This document shows positions 1 through 8,982 of a stretch of DNA of 32,000 bases, one piece after another. The position numbers and the translations under genes are program-made. Origin of the DNA: an uncultured bacterium (GTDB taxonomy: Bacteria > Margulisbacteria > WOR-1 > CAVSGV01); contig OY969425.1 of NCBI GenBank assembly GCA_963699255.1, positions 1,560,001-1,592,000 of the forward strand. Reading direction: 5' to 3'. Below the pieces are notes generated by a model. The model was not told where the DNA came from, made no database searches, and saw only the letters and a program-made list of their open reading frames with translations. How positions within the stretch are numbered: position 1 is the first letter of the stretch; the number at the start of each line of letters is the position of its first letter.

Positions 1-2
1 GG

Positions 3-644
3 GATGTCCACAAAATTGACGGCGTTGAACGCATACGGTTCTTAACTTCCCATCCACGCGATATGTCAGATGATATCATCGATGCGGTGAGCGACCTGCC
101 CAAGGTCTGCGAATATTTCCACATCCCTCTGCAGTCCGGCGATGATGAGATACTTAAAAGGATGAACAGGGGATATACTTCCGGCCAGTTCAGGGAGCTG
201 GTCAGGAGGATCAGGTTAAAGATCCCCGAAGCGGCGATCACTTCCGATGCTATTGCGGGATTCCCCGGCGAGACGGATGAGCAATTCAAACATACGCTCG
301 ATCTTATCTCCGAACTTGAGCTCGACCTTGTCAATACTTTTTCATATTCAACGCGTCCCGGCACGCCTGCGGCAAAAATGGACGGCCAGATCGACGAAAA
401 AGCAAAAAAAGAAAGGCTTCAGGCGCTTATGAAAGTTGTTGAGGGGACTGCATTAAGAAAAAATCAGGGATTGATGGGGACCATCCAGGAGGTCCTTATA
501 GATTCCAGTTCAAAGGACGGGCTTACTGGAAGAACGAGGGGAAATAAGATCGTTCAGGTCGACGGGGCGGATGGAGCGGTCGGGAAACTCCTGAAAGTGA
601 AGATCACAGGCGCCAGCGCGTGGGGATTGAAGGCGAGTATGTAA
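3..644 (+). CDS. miaB: tRNA-2-methylthio-N6-dimethylallyladenosine synthase (MiaB family), 5'-truncated by window edge
   Basis: Frame is open from base 3 (DVHKIDGVERIRFLTSHPRDM...), then radical-SAM methylthiotransferase motifs FSYSTRPGTPAA and a TRAM-like C-terminus GRTRGNKIVQV. Confidence 0.85.
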   Translation, partial: DVHKIDGVERIRFLTSHPRDMSDDIIDAVSDLPKVCEYFHIPLQSGDDEILKRMNRGYTSGQFRELVRRIRLKIPEAAITSDAIAGFPGETDEQFKHTLDLISELELDLVNTFSYSTRPGTPAAKMDGQIDEKAKKERLQALMKVVEGTALRKNQGLMGTIQEVLIDSSSKDGLTGRTRGNKIVQVDGADGAVGKLLKVKITGASAWGLKASM

Positions 645-687
645 GTTGATATAATCAGGCTATCTGATCCGATAAGGAGGAACAACA

Positions 688-1629
688 GTGCCAAACAATG
701 AAATGAAGATCTTTTCCGGTACCTCTCACCCCGAATTTGCAAAGAATATCGCGAAGATCCTGGGCAAGGACCTTTCAAAGATAAACATATCAAGGTTCTC
801 AGGCGGGGAGATATACGCCAGGCTTACAGATAATGTAAGGGGCGCGTCGGCCTATGTCATCCAGACCTGCACACACAGCGTCAACGATGACCTGATGGAG
901 CTTTTCATAGTCATCGACGCGCTGAAAAGGGCGTCGGCAAAGAGCATCACGGCGGTCATTCCGCATTTCGGTTACGCCAGGCAGGACAAGAAGTCCGCTT
1001 CAAGGGAGCCGATATCGGCCAAGCTTGTCGCCGACCTCCTCACCACCGCCGGGATAGACAGGATAATCACCATGGACCTGCACTCCGACCAGATACAGGG
1101 GTTCTTCAACCTGCCGGTCGATCATTTGACCGCCATGCCGATACTGGCTGGCTATGTCAAGGAGAAAAAGCTCAAGAATCCGGTGGTCGTTGCCCCGGAT
1201 ACGGGCAGGGCAAAGACCGCCAAGAAACTCAGCGACAGGATAGGCTCTCCGCTGGTCATTCTGCACAAGACACGTCCGGAACACCAGAAGGCGGAGATAA
1301 TGCATGTTGTCGGCGACGTGGCCGGCAAGACGCCGATAATGATAGACGACATGATAGATACGGCCGGCACCGCGACAAGAGGGGTGGACATACTCAGGGA
1401 GCAGGGATGCATCGATGAGATATATTTCCTGTCAACCCACGGGATATTTTCCGGACCGGCGGTCGAGAAAATGAACAAGGCCAGGTTCAAGGAGATAGTC
1501 GTGACCGATACGATCCCTGTCGGAGGAAAGGACATAAAAGGGCTGAAGGTCGTTTCCGTGGCTCCGCTTTTTGCGGAAGCGATAAAGAGAAGCTATGAAA
1601 ATCTCTCCATAAGCTCTTTGTTCGATTAG
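688..1629 (+). CDS. prs: Ribose-phosphate pyrophosphokinase
   Basis: MKIFSGTSHPEFAKNIAKILG, YARQDKK, PDTGRAKTAKKLSDRIG, MIDDMIDTAGT PRPP-binding motif; SD aaggagg upstream. Confidence 0.97.
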   Translation: MPNNEMKIFSGTSHPEFAKNIAKILGKDLSKINISRFSGGEIYARLTDNVRGASAYVIQTCTHSVNDDLMELFIVIDALKRASAKSITAVIPHFGYARQDKKSASREPISAKLVADLLTTAGIDRIITMDLHSDQIQGFFNLPVDHLTAMPILAGYVKEKKLKNPVVVAPDTGRAKTAKKLSDRIGSPLVILHKTRPEHQKAEIMHVVGDVAGKTPIMIDDMIDTAGTATRGVDILREQGCIDEIYFLSTHGIFSGPAVEKMNKARFKEIVVTDTIPVGGKDIKGLKVVSVAPLFAEAIKRSYENLSISSLFD

Positions 1630-1663
1630 AGGGTAGGGATCAGGGGTTAGGAGTTAGTGATCA

Positions 1664-2941
1664 GTGAATAATAAGATAAAGATAGGCATCATCGGATTGG
1701 GGACAGTGGGCTCGTCGGTCGTGAGCGTCCTCAGGAAAAACTCCGCCCTGATAGAGAAGAGATCGGGCGTGAAGATAGAAATAAAGAAAGCGGCCGATGT
1801 AAGGAACAAGAGGGACGTCGCGGGCAAAGCATACGTGAAGAACGCGCTTGATGTCATATCCGATCCTGATATTTCCATCGTTGTTGAGACCATGGGCGGC
1901 GTTACCCCGGCAAAACAGTATATCCTTTCCGCCATCAGGTCCGGAAAGTACATCGTCACTTCGAACAAAGAACTCATAGCCAAGCACGGGAAGGAAATAT
2001 TCGATGCCGCAAAGGCGTCGGGCGTGCGGGTCCTTTTTGAAGGGTCCGTTTGCGGCGGAATACCGATAATCCACGCCATAAGGGAATGCCTCGCCGCGAA
2101 CAACATTTACGAGATCTCCGGAATAGTGAACGGCACGACGAATTACATCCTCACAAGAATGACAAAAGAAGGGATTGGATTCGGCGCCGCACTGAAAGAA
2201 GCGCAAAAGAGGGGTTTTGCGGAAGCGAATCCCAAGATGGACATTGACGGAAGCGATGCTGCTTATAAGGCGGCGATACTCGCCAATGTCGCGAGCGGAG
2301 CGTTCGTCGATCCGTCGCGCATCTATAAGGAAGGGATATCGAACATCGCCGCGGAGGACATCGAGTACGCGAAGGAGATCGGCTATTGCATAAAGCTCCT
2401 TGCGATAATAAAAATACTCGGCAGTGATCTGGAGGTGAGGGTCCATCCTACCCTGATAGAGAGAGGCCATCCTCTCGCGGAGGTTTCCGATAATTACAAC
2501 GCCGTTTATGTTAAGGGCGATGCTCTGGGCGAGGCGATGTTCTACGGTGAGGGAGCCGGCGGGCCTCCGACGGCTTCTTCGGTCCTGTCAGACGTTATCG
2601 AGATAGCGGGTAGCATCGGCGGATGCTGCGCTGCCGAGCCGTATTATCCGCCGGCAAAAAAACTTAAGATGAGGGACATGGGCGACATCCGGAGCAGGTA
2701 TTATATCCGGCTGGAAGCTCCAGACATGCCAGGCGTCCTCGCGGGAATATCGGGCGTCTTCGCGAAAAAGAAAGTAAGCATCCAGGAAGTCGTCCAGAGG
2801 GGATCAAAAGGCAGGAACGCGCAGATAGTCATAATACTCCACGAGAACAGGGAGAAGGACATTCAGGAAGCGCTTAAGATAATATCGAAGCTGCCTGTTG
2901 TTAAGAGGATCTGCAGCGTCATCAGAGTGGGGATCGGCTGA
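1664..2941 (+). CDS. hom: Homoserine dehydrogenase with C-terminal ACT domain
   Basis: GLGTVGSSVV, VVETMGG, TSNKELIAKHG, GIVNGTTNYILTRM, ACT-like C-terminus APDMPGVLAGISGVFAKKKVSI; GTG start. Confidence 0.96.
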   Translation: MNNKIKIGIIGLGTVGSSVVSVLRKNSALIEKRSGVKIEIKKAADVRNKRDVAGKAYVKNALDVISDPDISIVVETMGGVTPAKQYILSAIRSGKYIVTSNKELIAKHGKEIFDAAKASGVRVLFEGSVCGGIPIIHAIRECLAANNIYEISGIVNGTTNYILTRMTKEGIGFGAALKEAQKRGFAEANPKMDIDGSDAAYKAAILANVASGAFVDPSRIYKEGISNIAAEDIEYAKEIGYCIKLLAIIKILGSDLEVRVHPTLIERGHPLAEVSDNYNAVYVKGDALGEAMFYGEGAGGPPTASSVLSDVIEIAGSIGGCCAAEPYYPPAKKLKMRDMGDIRSRYYIRLEAPDMPGVLAGISGVFAKKKVSIQEVVQRGSKGRNAQIVIILHENREKDIQEALKIISKLPVVKRICSVIRVGIG

Positions 2942-2976
2942 TCATTTCTGCCCGTCTTTTGCGGATATTCACTTGC

Positions 2977-3963
2977 CTATGGGTTCCAGAGGTCACTGGA
3001 AGAAGAATAGATATCACTCTTTGTGTGGCTGCCGCCGCCTAGGCCTCCATAGATCCACATTTTATTTTTAAATACCACAGCAGTTTGGCCCCACCGTGAT
3101 CCCCAACTGGCGTTAGATGTTGCCTCAGTCCAGTTCTTGCCGTCCGTAGAATACCAGACATCGTTCTTATAGCTGCTGCCGCCACCGATCCCTCCCATGA
3201 CCCACATTTTATTATCAAAGACCAGTGCGGATAAATTCCTTCGTGTTCCCCAGCCGGCGTTAGAGGTTGCCTCGGTCCAGTTCGCGCCGTCCGTAGAATA
3301 CCAGACATCGTTCTTGTAGCTGCTGCCGCCGCCGACCCCTCCCATGATCCACATTTTATTGTTATATACCAGGGCAGCAAGACCATACCGTGTTCCCCAG
3401 CCAGCGTTATATGTTGCCGGATACCAATCTTTCCCGTTCGATGAATAATAGACATCGTTCTTATAGCTGCTGCCGCCGCCTTTCCCTCCCATAACCCACA
3501 TTTTATTATTGAATACCACTGAAGCATGGTCGTGCCTGGTCCCCCATCCGGCGTTAGAGGTAGCTTGGGTCCAGTTACTGCCATCCGTAGAATACCAGGC
3601 ATCGTTCAGATAATTACCGTCACCGTCAACTCCGCCTATGATCCACATTTTATTGTCAAATACCAATGATGTTAACCCCGCCCGGAAAGAAGGAGTATAG
3701 GGTGTGCCGGTATTCCCGCCAAGAATGTTCACGCCGTCATAAGAGTAAGGCCTGCTTCCTTTAAATCCGCCATCGGCCTGGATACCCCCCATCATCCATA
3801 TTGTATTGTTATAGACCACCGAGGTGAAATCATACCGTGAGGTCCAATCATTGGCGCCTTCCCCTTCATAATTCCATGTGGATCCGGCGCCGGCGAAAGC
3901 CGCTCCTGCCAGGAGGAGAGAGAAAAGAACTGTCAATATTATCCTTGAGATGGTGATTTTCAT
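2977..3963 (-). CDS. Exported kelch-like beta-propeller repeat protein
   Basis: Signal peptide MKITISRIILTVLFSLLLAGAAFA; near-identical 49-aa repeats with NNKMWVMGG / GGSSYKNDVWYSTDG. Confidence 0.75.
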   Translation of the reverse strand: MKITISRIILTVLFSLLLAGAAFAGAGSTWNYEGEGANDWTSRYDFTSVVYNNTIWMMGGIQADGGFKGSRPYSYDGVNILGGNTGTPYTPSFRAGLTSLVFDNKMWIIGGVDGDGNYLNDAWYSTDGSNWTQATSNAGWGTRHDHASVVFNNKMWVMGGKGGGSSYKNDVYYSSNGKDWYPATYNAGWGTRYGLAALVYNNKMWIMGGVGGGSSYKNDVWYSTDGANWTEATSNAGWGTRRNLSALVFDNKMWVMGGIGGGSSYKNDVWYSTDGKNWTEATSNASWGSRWGQTAVVFKNKMWIYGGLGGGSHTKSDIYSSSSDLWNP

Positions 3964-4005
3964 TTTACTCCGGTACGGAGCGATCTTTAAACCGGTATCT
4001 GGTAA

Positions 4006-4401
4006 TTACTTCTGTCCGGCCAGCTTTTCCCGTCTTTTCCTTAGAGCCCGTTCCGCGAGAGCGTAAACTTCGCCCATCAGGAATGGCTTTCTCAGGTATT
4101 CCATGGCGCCCAGGGTTATGGCATTGGCGAAAGATTCTTCCGATGCGTAAGCCGTTACGATTATGACCTCAACGCTCGGGTCCATCTCTTTTATCTTTTT
4201 TAAAACCTCTATGCCGTCCATTTCCGGCATCTTAAGGTCGACGAAAGCGAAATCATACTTCGTGGTCTTCATGGATTCTATGGCGTCTTTGCCGGCTTGA
4301 AATGTGAAGACCTCATAATCCTTTATTCGTAATATTTCCTTGAACGATTCAAGGACGCCGTTAAAATCATCAACAACCAGTACTTTTGCTTTTTCCGCCA
4401 T
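4006..4401 (-). CDS. Single-domain response regulator (CheY-like receiver)
   Basis: MAEKAKVLVVDDFNGVLESF...DFAFVDLKMPEMDG; likely start at 4401 preceded by ggaggt SD, downstream of the ORF-track start. Confidence 0.85.
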   Translation of the reverse strand: MAEKAKVLVVDDFNGVLESFKEILRIKDYEVFTFQAGKDAIESMKTTKYDFAFVDLKMPEMDGIEVLKKIKEMDPSVEVIIVTAYASEESFANAITLGAMEYLRKPFLMGEVYALAERALRKRREKLAGQK

Positions 4402-4423
4402 AGTGATACCTCCAGTCGGGAAG

Positions 4424-4469
4424 ATTTTATCAAACAATGTTTGATATTGCAATCATCATTGTGTATAAT
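4424..4469. promoter_or_regulatory. Overlapping divergent promoters with a shared 19-bp dyad
   Basis: + strand TTGATA(4441-4446)-17-TATAAT(4464-4469); - strand TTGCAA(4452-4447)-17-TAAAAT(4429-4424); dyad TATCAAAC-AAT-GTTTGATA at 4428-4446. Confidence 0.65.
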
Positions 4470-4488
4470 TTCCAGTTGCTGTTTTAAA

Positions 4489-5082
4489 ATGAACATCTAT
4501 TTTGAATTACTGCAGGCCGTTGTGGCCCTTTTCATAATAATCGATCCTCTAGGGAACCTGCCGGTCTTCATAGGATTGACCGAAGGAATGACGAAAAAGG
4601 AAAGGAAAGACACATTTGTTGAGGCGCTCTATGTCGGGTTCTTGCTTTTGCTGCTTTTCACTCTGGCAGGCACCGGCATATTGGAGCTTTTCAAGATAAG
4701 CCTGAATGATTTCAAGATAGCGGGCGGGATACTTTTGCTTGCCATTTCATTATCCATGCTGGTAAGGGACCATTTTGTCGAATTGACCGACAAAAAGGAT
4801 ATTGGCGCGGTGCCGCTGGGAATACCTCTTCTGGTAGGACCGGGAGCCATAACCACGGCAATGGTCTTGATAGGCATGTACGGCGTAAAACTCACGCTGG
4901 TTGCGGTTATCATTAATTTCATTGTAAGTGGTGTGATATTTTACTGGGCCGAGGCGATATACGAAAGGCTTGGCCATACGGGGTCGATGATCATCGCGAA
5001 GGTAATGGCCATAATTCTCGCGGCGATCGCCGTGAAGTTCATACGCGAGGGCATCGTAAGTATATTTAAGTTTTACGCGTGA
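4489..5082 (+). CDS. MarC-family integral membrane protein
   Basis: AVVALFIIIDPLGNLPVFIGLTEG, VPLGIPLLVGPGAITTAMVL; hydrophobic; start moved to the ATG at 4489. Confidence 0.88.
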   Translation: MNIYFELLQAVVALFIIIDPLGNLPVFIGLTEGMTKKERKDTFVEALYVGFLLLLLFTLAGTGILELFKISLNDFKIAGGILLLAISLSMLVRDHFVELTDKKDIGAVPLGIPLLVGPGAITTAMVLIGMYGVKLTLVAVIINFIVSGVIFYWAEAIYERLGHTGSMIIAKVMAIILAAIAVKFIREGIVSIFKFYA

Positions 5083-5128
5083 GCCCTTCGACAGGCTCAG
5101 GACAAGCCCATTGACAGGCTTATTACGT

Positions 5129-5202
5129 GGCTGGGTAGCTCAGTTGGTTAGAGCATGCGGCTCATACCCGCAGTGTCGGCAGTTCGAATCTGCCCCCAGC
5201 CA
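5129..5202 (+). tRNA. tRNA-Met (CAU anticodon)
   Basis: Acceptor GGCTGGG/CCCAGCC, D-arm GCTC..GAGC, anticodon stem TGCGG/CCGCA with loop CTCATAC, T-arm GGCAG-TTCGAAT-CTGCC; discriminator A, no encoded CCA. Confidence 0.93.
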
Positions 5203-5301
5203 ATTATTAAGATGGCGAATACCCGGGGTGTCGGCGAGCGATTATTGTCTTACCTTAATTTTAATATAAGGTAATGCGATAGCAGATAAGAATCGCGAGA
5301 A

Positions 5302-5324
5302 AGTTCGAATCTGCCCCCCAGCCA
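5302..5324 (+). repeat. Direct duplication of the tRNA-Met 3' end
   Basis: agttcgaatctgccccccagcca matches 5181-5202 agttcgaatctgcccccagcca except for one extra C. Confidence 0.85.
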
Positions 5325-5366
5325 GTAAATTTTGTCGTGCAATAATTAAAGGAGCAAGAAGATAAA

Positions 5367-5981
5367 ATGAATTTGTTAGTTCCCGATAAGATCTTTTTGA
5401 CGAAAGGCGTAGGACGCCATAAGGAAAAACTTTCGAGTTTTGAGATGGCCCTCAGGGACGCCGGCATCCAGGCGGTCAATTTTGTGCAGGTCTCAAGCAT
5501 CTTCCCGCCAAACTGCAAGCTGATCACGAAAGAGGCCGGCTTGAAACTGATCCATCCGGGACAGATAACTTTCATAGTCATGTCAAGGAACGAGACGAAT
5601 GAACCGCACAGATTGATCTCCGCATCGGTGGGGATGGCGCTTCCCTCGGATCCCAGCACCTACGGATACCTGAGCGAACATCACGGATTGGGGCTGACGG
5701 ATGAGGAATGCGGCGATTATTCCGAAGACCTTGCCGCGCAGATGCTTGCGACGACCCTGGGCATACCTTTTGACGAGGATTCATCCTGGGACGAAAGACA
5801 GGAGAGCTGGAAGCTTTCCGATAAGATAGTAAAGACGACGAACATCACGCAGAGCGCGATAGGGCAGAGGGGCGTATGGACGACGGTGATCTCGGCTGCT
5901 GTTCTTCTGATCAACACAGAAGGTAACGGCGCCGTCGTGAAAGAGCCGGAAAATATCAAAGAAACGGAGAAAGGCAAGTAG
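5367..5981 (+). CDS. pdaD: Pyruvoyl-dependent arginine decarboxylase
   Basis: [48 protein letters not shown] pyruvoyl cleavage-site region, [19 protein letters not shown]. Confidence 0.88.
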   Translation: MNLLVPDKIFLTKGVGRHKEKLSSFEMALRDAGIQAVNFVQVSSIFPPNCKLITKEAGLKLIHPGQITFIVMSRNETNEPHRLISASVGMALPSDPSTYGYLSEHHGLGLTDEECGDYSEDLAAQMLATTLGIPFDEDSSWDERQESWKLSDKIVKTTNITQSAIGQRGVWTTVISAAVLLINTEGNGAVVKEPENIKETEKGK

Positions 5982-5982
5982 C

Positions 5983-6333
5983 ATGTCCGCGAACATTTCA
6001 GATGACGACAGGATACTGTCTGCTTTTGCTTATGCGGTGGGCTTCCCGTCCCTTTACATAATATTATCCGATAAGAGACGGGATCCGTTCGTCGGATACC
6101 ACGGCACCCAGGCGATGTTCCTGTGGATAGCGATAGTCGTAATATGGATCGGCATAAGGGTCTTTCTTAATTTCCTTGACTCGCTCGGGATATTTTTTGC
6201 GTTCCTGAACTCGCTTTCTTCTGTCCTGATATTCCTGCTCTGGATATACGCTCTCTACTGCGGATTCAGGGCGTACAACGGGGATTATTTTGATATCCCC
6301 TACATCACGGAAATATCAAAGAAAAATTTCTGA
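5983..6333 (+). CDS. DUF4870-like small membrane protein
   Basis: DDRILSAFAYAVGFPSLYIIL...DPFVGYHGTQAMFLW...LLWIYALYCGFRAYNGDYFDIPYI. Confidence 0.65.
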   Translation: MSANISDDDRILSAFAYAVGFPSLYIILSDKRRDPFVGYHGTQAMFLWIAIVVIWIGIRVFLNFLDSLGIFFAFLNSLSSVLIFLLWIYALYCGFRAYNGDYFDIPYITEISKKNF

Positions 6334-6352
6334 TCCCGTTAACGGACCTCTT

Positions 6353-7765
6353 ATGATCGAAGACAAGATCCTAAAAACTATTCGGGACTGCAAAATGCTC
6401 GGCGGTGACGGACAAACCGTGCCTGTCGGCAGGCAGGCAAAAGTCATCGTCGCGTTCTCGGGCGGAGTGGATTCCACCGCCCTTATCCACATCTTAAGCT
6501 CACTTAAAGGCGAATTGAACATCAAGCTGTATGCGGCCCATTTAAATCACAGGATCAGAAAAAGGGACAGCGATCTTGATGCCGCCTTTGCCCGCAGAAC
6601 GGCAAAGAAGCTGGGGATACCCTGCATAGTTGAGGAGCTCGATGTTCCCTCATTCGCAAAACAGAACAAGCTGAACCTTGAGGATGCCGCGCGGCGCGCG
6701 AGATACGAATTCCTTGAAAGGGCCGCCGCAAAGGTGGGAGCCGGCAGGATCGCTGTCGCCCACAACGCGGACGATAACATCGAAACTTTCCTGATGAGGC
6801 TGATAAGGGGAACGGGCATGAAGGGATTGGAGGGGATACCTCCGGTGAGGGATAAGATCATCAGGCCGATGATCGGACTGTTCCGCAGCGAGATCGAGGA
6901 ATATTTAAGATCAAAAAAGATCGCACCGAGGATCGATAAGACGAATTATGAAACGAAATATTTGAGGAACAGGATAAGGCGCAGCCTCATCCCCGCGCTG
7001 GTAAGTTACAACCGCAATATAAAAGAGCTGCTTCTCCAGACCATTTCCGCGGCGAACGTGATCCAGGGATTTGTGGAGATCAAGGCGAGAGAAGCGCTTA
7101 AAGGGATGATCCTGCTTAAAAGCGCCGGGGAGATCAGGCTTGATATAAAAAAGCTGCTGGATACGGATCCCGCGCTTAATGGGGAGGTGTTGCGGTTCGC
7201 CATAGAACACGTAAAAAAAGATCTTGTGGACATTTCTTTTGTCCACATAGAGGACATACTCGGCCAGTTGAGAAAAAAAAGAGCGGAGATAGACCTTCCG
7301 GGCGTTTACGTCCATATCAACAGGGGCATACTTTCCATCACGAACACAAGACCTTCAAAAATCCAGGACCATCCTTTCATGCACAGACTGGAAATTCCCG
7401 GGGAGGTCAGGGATGAGGACAAGGGTTTTATCATAGAGGCCGACGTTCTTCCTTCGGTTACTGCATCCGCTCTTCGCGCAAAAGATCCGTACCGGGCCTA
7501 TCTTGATTATGATAAGATCTCCAAACCCCTGATAGTAAGGAACAGGATTCCCGGCGACGTTTTCTCTCCATTCGGCCTTAAGGGGAGCAAAAAACTTCAG
7601 GATATTTTTGTCGATGAGAAGATAGATATCGATAAGAGGGGAAGCATCCCCGTTATCGAGGACGGGAAGAGGATAGTGTGGGTGGTCGGCTACAGGATGT
7701 CGGAAGACGCAAAAGTTACGCCGGGCACAAAGAAAGTGGTAAAACTAAGTGCGAAGAGCATCTGA
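6353..7765 (+). CDS. tilS: tRNA(Ile)-lysidine synthase
   Basis: VIVAFSGGVDSTALIHIL PP-loop, HLNHRIR, AHNADDNIETFLMRLIRGTG, FSPFGLKGSKKLQDIFVDEKI; start taken as ATG 6353. Confidence 0.92.
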   Translation: MIEDKILKTIRDCKMLGGDGQTVPVGRQAKVIVAFSGGVDSTALIHILSSLKGELNIKLYAAHLNHRIRKRDSDLDAAFARRTAKKLGIPCIVEELDVPSFAKQNKLNLEDAARRARYEFLERAAAKVGAGRIAVAHNADDNIETFLMRLIRGTGMKGLEGIPPVRDKIIRPMIGLFRSEIEEYLRSKKIAPRIDKTNYETKYLRNRIRRSLIPALVSYNRNIKELLLQTISAANVIQGFVEIKAREALKGMILLKSAGEIRLDIKKLLDTDPALNGEVLRFAIEHVKKDLVDISFVHIEDILGQLRKKRAEIDLPGVYVHINRGILSITNTRPSKIQDHPFMHRLEIPGEVRDEDKGFIIEADVLPSVTASALRAKDPYRAYLDYDKISKPLIVRNRIPGDVFSPFGLKGSKKLQDIFVDEKIDIDKRGSIPVIEDGKRIVWVVGYRMSEDAKVTPGTKKVVKLSAKSI

Positions 7766-8981
7766 TAAAGAGCAATCGGTATCCATACTGGACCTTGATG
7801 AAAAAGGCCTCAGGCTCGAAATGCAGCGGATGGACGTCCATGAAAAAGGCATCGATATTATGGCTCCGAAGGCGCAGTTCCGGGCGGTAAAAATCAAGAA
7901 CGTCTCAGCCACAAAAGCGAACATAATAAAACAGGACATGCTTTCTTTCGGCGGGGAAGCCGCTACCGCCAGGGGAGTGATAGATCATTCCGTAAAGGCC
8001 ACGGATGTTCTTATCTTCGGAACGGTCCAGCAGATAAAGAACCTCACGTCGAAGCTCAGGCGCCAGTATTTCGGGTTGAAGGAGCTTGCCGTCCGGATCG
8101 AAGACGCGCTCGCAAATTATGACGGCGTACCGCAACCCATCAAAGCAGGCGGCAGAACATTCGACTTTGGCAAACGCACTTATGTGATGGGGATACTGAA
8201 CGTAACTCCTGACTCCTTCTCGGACGGAGGGAAGTTCGTCAGCTTCGGCGACGCGGTCGCCAGAGGCAGGGAAATGCTTGATGAAGGCGCGGACATCATT
8301 GACATAGGCGGTGAATCAACAAGGCCGGGAGCTCTGCCTGTGGGCGCAGGGGAAGAAATGAAAAGGGTCGCTCCCGTCATCAGGGAACTTTCAAAGATAA
8401 AAGGCGCGGTCATATCCATCGACACGTGCAAGTCTATCGTTGCCGAGGAAGCCATAAAAGCCGGCGCGTCCATGATAAACGACGTGTCCGCGCTGAGAGC
8501 CGACAAAAAAATGACAGGGGTGGCGGCGCATTACAGAGTACCGATCGTCCTTATGCACATGCTCGGCAATCCCAGGACAATGCAGGAAAATCCGAGGTAC
8601 GAAGACCTTATCCCCGAGATAATTTCCTACTTGCAAAACAGCATCAGTCTTGCTATAAAGGGGGGCGTTTCAGCAAGCAGGATAATTGTCGATCCCGGGT
8701 TCGGTTTCGGAAAGACAGTGGAACATAATCTTGAGATACTGCGGAGATTGAAGGAGTTCAAAGTTCTTGGTCGCCCTGTACTTATAGGGACTTCCAGGAA
8801 ATCGACGATCGGAAAGATCCTTAACCTTCCGCCGGACAAGAGGATGGAAGGGACCGCCGCGACGGTCACATCGGCCATAGCCGGCGGTGCGAATATCGTA
8901 AGGGTTCACGATGTTGCGGAGATATCAAGGGTCGTCAGGATGTCGGACGCGATATACAAAAGACAAAGGATAAAAGGCTGA
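7749..8981 (+). CDS. folP: Dihydropteroate synthase with N-terminal extension
   Basis: VMGILNVTPDSFSDGG, DIIDIGGESTRPGA, INDVSAL, DPGFGFGKTVEHN, IGTSRKS. Confidence 0.94.
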   Translation: MRRASDKEQSVSILDLDEKGLRLEMQRMDVHEKGIDIMAPKAQFRAVKIKNVSATKANIIKQDMLSFGGEAATARGVIDHSVKATDVLIFGTVQQIKNLTSKLRRQYFGLKELAVRIEDALANYDGVPQPIKAGGRTFDFGKRTYVMGILNVTPDSFSDGGKFVSFGDAVARGREMLDEGADIIDIGGESTRPGALPVGAGEEMKRVAPVIRELSKIKGAVISIDTCKSIVAEEAIKAGASMINDVSALRADKKMTGVAAHYRVPIVLMHMLGNPRTMQENPRYEDLIPEIISYLQNSISLAIKGGVSASRIIVDPGFGFGKTVEHNLEILRRLKEFKVLGRPVLIGTSRKSTIGKILNLPPDKRMEGTAATVTSAIAGGANIVRVHDVAEISRVVRMSDAIYKRQRIKG

Positions 8982-8982
8982 T

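Noticed and set aside
1661-2470. 269-aa ORF opposite hom
   Set aside because: Antisense to recognisable homoserine dehydrogenase motifs; no independent protein signature.
3039-3602. 187-aa ORF in an alternative frame of the kelch-like gene
   Set aside because: Periodic only because the underlying coding repeats are periodic.
7749-8150. FolP N-terminal extension as a separate novel gene or fusion
   Set aside because: Extended FolP proteins of this type occur in other bacteria and the frame is continuous, so it was not raised as a finding.
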